Notes under the pieces: generated by a model
Seen by the model: the letters and a program-made list of their open reading frames with translations, nothing else
Told to the model about the DNA's origin: nothing
The model's database searches: none
Shown: positions 1 to 6,414 of the stretch, piece by piece
How the letters are laid out: each line of letters starts with the position of its first letter
Numbering within the stretch: the stretch's first letter is position 1
Program-made: the position numbers and the translations under genes
DNA from: Actinomycetes bacterium
Lineage (GTDB): Bacteria; Actinomycetota; Coriobacteriia; Coriobacteriales; UBA8131
Reading direction: 5' to 3'
Length of the DNA stretch: 64,000 bases
Assembly: GCA_009787085.1 (NCBI GenBank)
Contig: WRGR01000045.1
Location: forward strand, 75-64,074

Positions 1-945
1 GTAGCCACCCGGCGGCACACCCAGCGCATCCAACATGCCGACCGGACGGCCACGTTGTATCTCTGCAGCGATCAGCTTACGCTGGGCAATGACGATGATC
101 ACCGAGCCGGACAAGGCAACGGCATAGAAAACAACCATCCCCAAGTCCGAAACCCCCAGCAGCAAGAACAGCACGCTGAGTCCGTTGTTCAAGATATGCA
201 GCAGCATCGCCCACTTGATCGAGAAGCGCTGGCAGACATAGGCCAGCAGCAAGCCGACGAAAAAGGCGAAAATAGATTGGAACAAAATCATATGGTAGGC
301 ACCAAAAAGCAGCGATGAGATAACAATGGAGAAGTTCACCCCATAGCGCTGAAGCGAGCGCATAATGGCACCACGGAAGATGATCTCCTCAAAAATCGGG
401 CCGACCAAAACGATATAGGCTATGCCCCAAAACGACTTGGCCAAGGCGTTGATAGTTTCATCCAGCATACCGCCAGAGGATGAGCCGCCTTGAGGCACCA
501 TCAACGCTTGAGCCAGGAATTCCCCTAAAGCCCAAACCGCGCCGACTCCCAAGATCAAGACTATGATTTGCAGAAAATGGGGTATATGAATACGTTGGTT
601 AACATGTGTTAAATCTGATGTCACTAAGCGCTTGCCGCGCAGCGCAAACATGATGCAGGCACCGATGGCAGCCGCAGCGCAGGAGGCAAAGCCCATCCAA
701 GGACCGAGCGACTCGAGTGTCAACGACTGGACTTGAGCCGTCAATTCATCGTAGCTCATGCCGATGTTGCTGGGGTCACTGGCGATCCTCATCATCTCTG
801 AAAACAGGCCAGAGGCAAACATGCCGATAATCATGACAAAGGAGTTCACGATCAGCGTGATCACAAAGTAGCCGATCAGGCAGAGCAAGATGATCATGAC
901 CTGCTTTCGCAGATCCTTCTTGTAGAGAAACGGAATATCAGGCAT
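1..945 (-). CDS. CPBP family intramembrane metalloprotease (CAAX/Abi type); the 3' end runs off the window
   Basis: Absent from the ORF track because there is no stop inside the window. My own reverse-strand translation from the ATG at 945-943 gives 315 uninterrupted codons: MPDIPFLYKKDLRKQ...GPIFEEIIFRGAIMRSLQRYG...SLLFGAYHMILFQS...KWAMLLHILNNG. This contains the EExxxR, FxxxH and HxxxN motifs of the CPBP/Abi family, set in hydrophobic segments. Confidence 0.8.
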   Translation of the reverse strand, partial: MPDIPFLYKKDLRKQVMIILLCLIGYFVITLIVNSFVMIIGMFASGLFSEMMRIASDPSNIGMSYDELTAQVQSLTLESLGPWMGFASCAAAAIGACIMFALRGKRLVTSDLTHVNQRIHIPHFLQIIVLILGVGAVWALGEFLAQALMVPQGGSSSGGMLDETINALAKSFWGIAYIVLVGPIFEEIIFRGAIMRSLQRYGVNFSIVISSLLFGAYHMILFQSIFAFFVGLLLAYVCQRFSIKWAMLLHILNNGLSVLFLLLGVSDLGMVVFYAVALSGSVIIVIAQRKLIAAEIQRGRPVGMLDALGVPPGGY

Positions 946-1138
946 CTCGTCGACCTCTCTCTTAGCTGCTTAGCTGTCACCCTGTCCTCATGTCTCCAAG
1001 ACAGATTAAACGATATCTGGCCTATCCAAGCAATTTGTTTATCACCCTTTTAAAAGTCACGTTTGCCACAAAGGCGGCACAGTGCGCCTGGCCTTGCTGC
1101 CACCGCTGCCCACAGTACTAGGCAGCACAGAGTCTTTC

Positions 1139-1247
1139 GGGCCAAAGTAGGCTAAAAAACACCTATTTTGGCCCATTCAAACGGCTATTTTCGGGGTTTT
1201 TGGCTTCTTTCGAGCCAAAGTAGGCCAAAACATTCCATGTTTGGCCC
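1139..1247. repeat. Two related imperfect palindromes sharing the core GCCAAAGTAGGC
   Basis: GGGCCAAAGTAGG-n10-CCTATTTTGGCCC lies at 1139-1174 (12 of 13 arm positions pair). A weaker copy, GAGCCAAAGTAGG-n10-CCATGTTTGGCCC, lies at 1212-1247. The 12-nt core GCCAAAGTAGGC occurs at 1141-1152 and 1214-1225. Both are in the intergenic gap between the CPBP gene and the ATPase pseudogene. Confidence 0.5.
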
Positions 1248-1272
1248 GTTATGGCAGCGCTGATATCACGCC

Positions 1273-1880
1273 ATGTCAATCAGCAAAGGACAGAAAGTGG
1301 CGATAGTCGGCAGAAGACCTGAAAAACAAGAACTGGAGCGGTACTACCATTCAAGCTCTCCAGAGCTGTTGGTCGTTTATGGCCGTCGGCGCGTCGGCGC
1401 GGCCTTCTTGGTCAAGCAGTTCTTTGAAAACCGTTTGCAGGGCATTCACACTAAAGACGAGTATTTCTGGACAAACTACATCGAGGACGGAGCACACCGG
1501 GCGTGGTGCGGCTATGCGTTCGAATCAGTCTGCAGGGCGCACATCAAGCAGATCAAGGAGAGGCTGGCATCACAGGGGTGTCTACCTCCACAATGTCTTG
1601 GCGCAGCAAGAAGTCACAGCCAGCCGCACAGATCGGCCTGCTGATCAGCCGTCGAGACAGCGTGATCAACCTTTGTGAGATCAAATATCTCAAGCATCCC
1701 TACGAGTTGGACGCAACAGCAGCCGCCGATCTAGAGCGGAAGAAGTCCGTCTTCCTCACCGAGACAGGAGCAAAGGATGCGATTCACGCTACGATGATCA
1801 CCGCCTACGGCTTGGCACAAAGCGGTTATCGCAGCATCGTCCAGTCAGAAGTAACCATGAACGACCTGTTCCATCAATGA
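1273..1880 (+). pseudogene. Decayed AAA-type ATP-binding protein (archaeal-ATPase/DUF234-like) with an internal deletion and a +1 frameshift
   Basis: The N-terminal piece ...ELLVVYGRRRVGAAFLVKQFFENRL has the P-loop lysine/threonine replaced (GAA where GKT is expected). The C-terminal piece continues in another frame (ORF 1503..1880): GITGVSTSTMSWRSKKSQPAAQIGLLISRRDSVINLCEIKY...SIVQSEVTMNDLF. The frame switches near 1568 (ctg-g-gc-atc). The total of about 200 codons compares with the roughly 450 I recall for intact family members. Confidence 0.7.
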
Positions 1881-1893
1881 TCTAGCAGCCTAC

Positions 1894-3438
1894 TCATTGT
1901 TCGGTCAAGTTGAGTTGTTTTAGCAGCCAGGTCATCCAGGTTTCTTGGCCGGACACTATGTCGGCCTGCACCGTCATGCCGGCACTGGCCTCCTGGGCGG
2001 GGCTGCCGGCCTTCTGCAGGGTGCTGCTGTCCAGCGCGGCCTCGACCCGGTAGAACTGGCCTGCGCCCTCGACGGGCATCGAGGTGGCGGAGATGTAGTC
2101 CACCGTGCACTGCAGGCGGCCATACTGCTGGTAGGGATAAGCGCTGACCGAAAGCAGCACCTTCTGGCCGTGGCTGACCTGGGCGATGTCCTTGTCCGCG
2201 ACCATCAGCACCACCCGCGGCCGGCCAGCAGCCGGCACGATGTGCAGTATCGCCGTACCCGGCTGGATGACCTCCCCTGCCGTCAGCTGGTCGTCGAACA
2301 TCACGGTGCCGTCGCTGCTGGCGGTAATGGTGCCGTTGGCGATCTGCTGCTGAAGGTCGTTGACCTGTAGCTGGCAGGCATCACGCGCCTGCGTCGCGGT
2401 GTCCAGAAGCGTCTGTGCCTCCGAGATCTTCTGCTCCCGCAGCTGAGTGAGGGTCAACGTGACCAGCTGGCCCTTGTCCGCCGCTCCGGCCTGGGAGCTG
2501 GCCTGGGCGATCTGGTCTTGGTAGGCGGTGATCTGGGAGCTGGCCTGCTCGACGACGGTCTGGGCCTGCGTGTTGTAGCTGGCCAGCACCGAGTTCAGTT
2601 GCAGCTGGGCGCTGTCTTCGGCCTGCTTGGCGGCATCGACATCGGCTTGCTCCAGCACACCGGCGGCCAGCCCCCGCTCGGCCTCGGCATACTTGGCCGC
2701 CGCTGCGTCTAGAGCCTGCTGGTAGACGCTGCGCTCGCTGGTGAACGACCGGTAGATGGACATGGCGTAGGCATCCGGTGAGGAGAAGCCCTCGGAGTCG
2801 GCCATCGCCCCCTGTAGGCGCTGGTACTCGCCGATCTTCCAGTTCAGGTCGCCGATGCGCTGCTGGTAAAGCCCGGCCAGGGCTGTCGAGCCCTGCTGGG
2901 TCTGCGCAGACTGGGTGCTCTCCACCCGGTTGGTCTCGGTGATGATGTTGCGCTCGGCCAGGTAGTCTTGGTACATGGAGTAAAGCGGATCCTCCACGGC
3001 CAGCAGGTTGGTGCTGTCCAGATAGCTCTGCTTCAGGGTGTTCAGGCTGGCCAGCCTCTGGTTGGCAGCGTCCAGCTGGCCTTGGTACACACCGAGCTGG
3101 GACTGGGCATAGCCGATGTCCAAGACCACCAGCGCGTCGCCGGCATGCACCTCGGCGCCGTTGGCCACCTTGACCTCGGCTACCTTGCCGCCCGCCACCG
3201 CCGTCACGGCCTCGGCCTGGGTACCCGGCTCGATGATGCCTTGGGCGCTGACGGCCACGTCATGCCGCATCAGCAGCAAAAACAGCAGCGCCAGCAAGAC
3301 TGCCGCCAGCAGTATGGTCAAAAACCACCTAGCCACCGGCGGCACACTGGCCTGCATGACCTCCTTGCTGTCGGTGATCTGCTCAAAGTAGGCTTCCTGC
3401 CTACCCCGCTTACCCAATCTGTTCCTCCTGTTAGCCAT
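1894..3438 (-). CDS. HlyD-family secretion/accessory protein (LcnD/ComB-like bacteriocin export adaptor)
   Basis: 514-aa ORF. It has an N-terminal basic segment and one TM (WFLTILLAAVLLALLFLLL), a biotinyl-lipoyl-like motif (GGKVAEVKVANGAEVHAGDALVVLD), a long Q/A-rich coiled coil and a C-terminal beta-barrel region. Its start ATG (3438-3436) shares one nucleotide with the upstream TGA (TGATG). Confidence 0.85.
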   Translation of the reverse strand: MANRRNRLGKRGRQEAYFEQITDSKEVMQASVPPVARWFLTILLAAVLLALLFLLLMRHDVAVSAQGIIEPGTQAEAVTAVAGGKVAEVKVANGAEVHAGDALVVLDIGYAQSQLGVYQGQLDAANQRLASLNTLKQSYLDSTNLLAVEDPLYSMYQDYLAERNIITETNRVESTQSAQTQQGSTALAGLYQQRIGDLNWKIGEYQRLQGAMADSEGFSSPDAYAMSIYRSFTSERSVYQQALDAAAAKYAEAERGLAAGVLEQADVDAAKQAEDSAQLQLNSVLASYNTQAQTVVEQASSQITAYQDQIAQASSQAGAADKGQLVTLTLTQLREQKISEAQTLLDTATQARDACQLQVNDLQQQIANGTITASSDGTVMFDDQLTAGEVIQPGTAILHIVPAAGRPRVVLMVADKDIAQVSHGQKVLLSVSAYPYQQYGRLQCTVDYISATSMPVEGAGQFYRVEAALDSSTLQKAGSPAQEASAGMTVQADIVSGQETWMTWLLKQLNLTEQ

Positions 3439-5606
3439 CAGGCCTGCCTATCGGGCATCTGTTTGTTCCAAAGGCCGCTGTAGGCCCCGCCGGCGGCCAG
3501 CAGCTCGGCATGGCTGCCGCTCTCCACGATGCGCCCGTCATGCATCACACAGATCAGGTCGCAGTGCATGATGGAGGAAAGGCGGTGGGCGATCAGGAAA
3601 ACGGTAGTGTCGGCGGCCATGTTCTGGATGGTGCGCTGAATCACTTGCTCGGAGCTGGAATCCATGTGGCTGGTGGCCTCGTCCAGTATCAATATCTCCG
3701 GGTCGCGGATCAAAACGCGGGCGATGGCCAGCTTCTGGCGCTGGCCGCCGGAGAGGTTGGCGGCGTTCTCCTCCAAGTAGCTCTCGTAGCGCAGCGGCAT
3801 CTTGTTGATGAAGCTGGCCGCGTCGACCAGCTCGCAGACCGCCGCCATCTTCTCCATGTCCGGCTCCGCCAAGCCCATCATCAGGTTCTCACGGATCGAT
3901 CCGGAGAAGAAGTGCGGCTCTTGGGGCACATAGCCGATCCGGGTGCGCAGGGCGTCCAAATCGATGTCTTTGATGTTGTAGTTGCCAATGCGGATGTCGC
4001 CGGCCTCCCAGTCGTAGAGGCGCAGCAGCAGACTGACTAAGGTGGTCTTGCCCGAGCCGCTCTCCCCCACCAAGGCCACCCGTGCCCCCTTGGGGGCCTT
4101 CAGGCTGACACCCTCCAAGACCAAGCGCCTAGTGCCGTAACGGAAGGAGATGCCCTCGATGGCAATATCGCCCTTCAGGGTCGATGGGAAGAACTTGCTG
4201 CCGCCCTCGCGGGCATCTTCGCCCTCCAAGGCCAGTATCTCGCCCATCCGGTTGGCGGCCACCACTGCGGTCTGCAGCTGGGGTTGGAGGTTAATGATGT
4301 TGCGCACCGGGTCGATGAAATAGACCAGCAGGGCGTTGAAGGTGATCAGCCCGCCCAGCGTCATGCGGCCGTCGAGGATCTCCAACACGCCGACCCAGAG
4401 TATCACCGTGCCGCCGACTGCCGCTATCACCGTGGTGATAGTGCCTTGGGCGTTACCGATGAAGCCACCGGTGAAGACGCTCTTCAACAACCTGACGAAG
4501 AGGGTGTCGGTCCGGGCGCGAGCCAGCGCCTCGTTGCGGGAGACCTTGATCTCCTCGATGCCGTTGATCGACTCCACTAGGTAGGAGGTCAACTGGGCGT
4601 TGTTCTCCATCATCTTCTCGTTGATGTTGCGGATCGGTCGGTTGAAGGCGAACACCACGACCGCGTAGAGGACGACGACAACTAAGGCGATGACGAAGAG
4701 CATGGCGTTTTGGGTGTAGAGGATGATGCCGCCGATCACGGCCATCAAGGCATCGATCATCACCGTCAGGGCGGTGCCGGAGATAGCATCGCGGATCTTC
4801 GAGGCGTCCATGAAGCGGGCGACGATCTCGCCGATCTTGCGGGTGCCGAAAAACGACATCGGCAGCCCCATGACATGCTTGTAGTAGCCGAGCAGCAAGG
4901 GGATGTCCAGTTTCTGGGAGAGGTAGAGCGTCAGTTGGCCGCGGAAGAACTCCGTGACTGCCTTGACCACGTAGAGCGCGATGACACCGATAGAGATAGT
5001 GGTCAGGGTGGTGACCAAGTGTCCGGGGACGACCGAGTCCATGATCACTCGAAAGTAGAACGCCCCGAGGATGCCAAACAGGGTGATCAGCACGGAGGCC
5101 AAGAATATCAGGGCCAGCAGGCGCTTCTGCGGCAGCAGCAGCTTAAAGAAGCTGAGCAGGTAGTTCTCCACCTTCTTGCCGGCCACGAATTCCGGGGAGG
5201 GGGCGATAAGGATGATGATGCCCAGCCAAGTTTTGAGGAACTCCTCGCTGGTGTAAGGCACAACGCCCTTGGCCGGATCAGCAACCACCAGTTTGTCTTT
5301 GGTTTTTTTGTGGATCACCACATAGTGCAGCTCTCCGGAAGGGCTGGCCACCAAAGCGATGGCCGGCAAGGTGAAGTCTGCTGCGAATGCCGTGTGGTCG
5401 CCCTTGACCGGTCGGGCATAGAAGCCGAGCTGCTCTGCCGCCTTGACCATGCCGTAGGCGTTGGTACCCATTTTGTCGGTGCCAGCAGCTTCACGGATCT
5501 TCGATATTGAGATTTTCAGCTTGTAGTGCTTAGCGATAGTTGCCAGACAGGCCGCGCCACAGTCAGTGCTGTCATATTGTTTAACACAAGCGTACCGCTT
5601 AAGCAT
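3438..5606 (-). CDS. Peptidase C39 domain-containing ABC transporter (bacteriocin/peptide cleavage-export, PCAT type)
   Basis: 722 aa. The N-terminal C39 domain has the catalytic Cys context YDSTDCGAACLATIAKHY and His in GELHYVVIHK. It has a six-TM core, Walker A GESGSGKTTL, signature LSGGQRQKLAIARVL, Walker B ILILDEATS and H-loop LIAHRLS. Confidence 0.92.
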   Translation of the reverse strand: MLKRYACVKQYDSTDCGAACLATIAKHYKLKISISKIREAAGTDKMGTNAYGMVKAAEQLGFYARPVKGDHTAFAADFTLPAIALVASPSGELHYVVIHKKTKDKLVVADPAKGVVPYTSEEFLKTWLGIIILIAPSPEFVAGKKVENYLLSFFKLLLPQKRLLALIFLASVLITLFGILGAFYFRVIMDSVVPGHLVTTLTTISIGVIALYVVKAVTEFFRGQLTLYLSQKLDIPLLLGYYKHVMGLPMSFFGTRKIGEIVARFMDASKIRDAISGTALTVMIDALMAVIGGIILYTQNAMLFVIALVVVVLYAVVVFAFNRPIRNINEKMMENNAQLTSYLVESINGIEEIKVSRNEALARARTDTLFVRLLKSVFTGGFIGNAQGTITTVIAAVGGTVILWVGVLEILDGRMTLGGLITFNALLVYFIDPVRNIINLQPQLQTAVVAANRMGEILALEGEDAREGGSKFFPSTLKGDIAIEGISFRYGTRRLVLEGVSLKAPKGARVALVGESGSGKTTLVSLLLRLYDWEAGDIRIGNYNIKDIDLDALRTRIGYVPQEPHFFSGSIRENLMMGLAEPDMEKMAAVCELVDAASFINKMPLRYESYLEENAANLSGGQRQKLAIARVLIRDPEILILDEATSHMDSSSEQVIQRTIQNMAADTTVFLIAHRLSSIMHCDLICVMHDGRIVESGSHAELLAAGGAYSGLWNKQMPDRQA

Positions 5607-5725
5607 CTGCTGACCCGTCTATACGTGAACTGCCGCCACACCTTGCTCGGCTGCGGAATCTCCAGTAGCCGATGCGGATGAGTAGCGGGAATTTGACTAG
5701 AAGACAACCCCCCTACGCAACCGAA

Positions 5726-5760
5726 ACCCAGGTTGTTATTATAGCAATAACAACCTGGGT
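5726..5760 (-). terminator. Perfect 15-bp stem / 5-nt loop hairpin between the peptide gene and the exporter genes (attenuator or terminator candidate)
   Basis: ACCCAGGTTGTTATT-atagc-AATAACAACCTGGGT, checked base by base. It lies 62 nt downstream of the peptide stop (5822) and 120 nt upstream of the ABC start (5606). The trailing sequence on the minus strand is TTCGGTTG, a weak U-tract. Confidence 0.55.
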
Positions 5761-5821
5761 CCGATTACCGTTCAATCAAGAAATAGCCCTTGATTCTTTG
5801 AGAGCGATAGAAACCTAACGC

Positions 5822-6067
5822 TTACCAACGAATCAAAAGATTGGTGAAGGGGGCGATAACCCTGACAAAGCCATCCTTCACGGAGACGTTGACCTTGGTG
5901 TACGGAGCATTCACCTTTACATCAACATCATCTTTGCTGACAACGGAGACGAAGACAGACACGAGGGACGACAAAAAGCCGCTACCATCATAATCCATCA
6001 TCTCTTCCTTGCCGAGCTCGGCAAACCCTGCACCACATACGATTGAACGATCCATTGCCTCTTTCAT
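5822..6067 (-). CDS. 81-aa putative exported peptide precursor with a double-glycine-type (Gly-Ser) leader; product class unknown
   Basis: Strong SD (GGAGGAaagtgaaATG). It is on the same strand as, and immediately upstream of, the C39-ABC/HlyD pair. The N-terminal 29 aa, MKEAMDRSIVCGAGFAELGKEEMMDYDGS, fit the leader consensus positions (F-15, L-12, E-8, M-7, Y-4, G-2, S-1). The predicted 52-aa core is GFLSSLVSVFVSVVSKDDVDVKVNAPYTKVNVSVKDGFVRVIAPFTNLLIRW. Confidence 0.6.
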   Translation of the reverse strand: MKEAMDRSIVCGAGFAELGKEEMMDYDGSGFLSSLVSVFVSVVSKDDVDVKVNAPYTKVNVSVKDGFVRVIAPFTNLLIRW

Positions 6068-6120
6068 TTCACTTTCCTCCGTTCTTACAGTTTCCTGCTG
6101 GACAAACTAACTGAGAACAG

Positions 6121-6129
6121 ATTGTACCA
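6121..6129 (-). promoter_or_regulatory. Candidate extended -10 element (TGGTACAAT on the minus strand) for the peptide gene
   Basis: The reverse complement of 6121-6129 reads TGGTACAAT, about 53 nt upstream of the peptide ATG. I found no convincing -35 at 17-nt spacing (ACGCCA), which would fit an activator-dependent promoter. Confidence 0.3.
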
Positions 6130-6312
6130 CACTGTTCGGACCTTGGCGTGAGAATATGGATTTTTTATGTTAATTGCTATCGACAATCCATCCACACTTT
6201 GGCTGCATAACTCCGTAGTAGATCATATAATACCCTTTCTTTTGCGTCATATTGCTATATTTAGGATACATTTGTAATATCATTTATATAAATTGGTTAT
6301 GCAAATATAGCA

Positions 6313-6414
6313 GCAAATGATGGGCTGGTTCTAGGGAACATCTACCGCAACCAGTGCGCGGGCATGAATGAGCCGGGCAAATGATGGGCTGGTTCTAGGG
6401 AACATCTACCGCAA
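6313..6414. repeat. 38-bp perfect direct repeat (period 64 bp) duplicating the 3' end of the MFS gene
   Basis: GCAAATGATGGGCTGGTTCTAGGGAACATCTACCGCAA occurs at 6313-6350 and again at 6377-6414. The second copy contains the last two codons and the stop (6406-6408) of the MFS gene plus 29 nt of its 3' flank. Confidence 0.9.

Noticed and set aside
4710-5510. 266-aa plus-strand ORF, and many other 60-180-aa ORFs inside ligA, pyrG, mfd, trkH and other genes
   Set aside because: They lie antisense or out of frame within strongly supported genes. These are high-GC frame artefacts.
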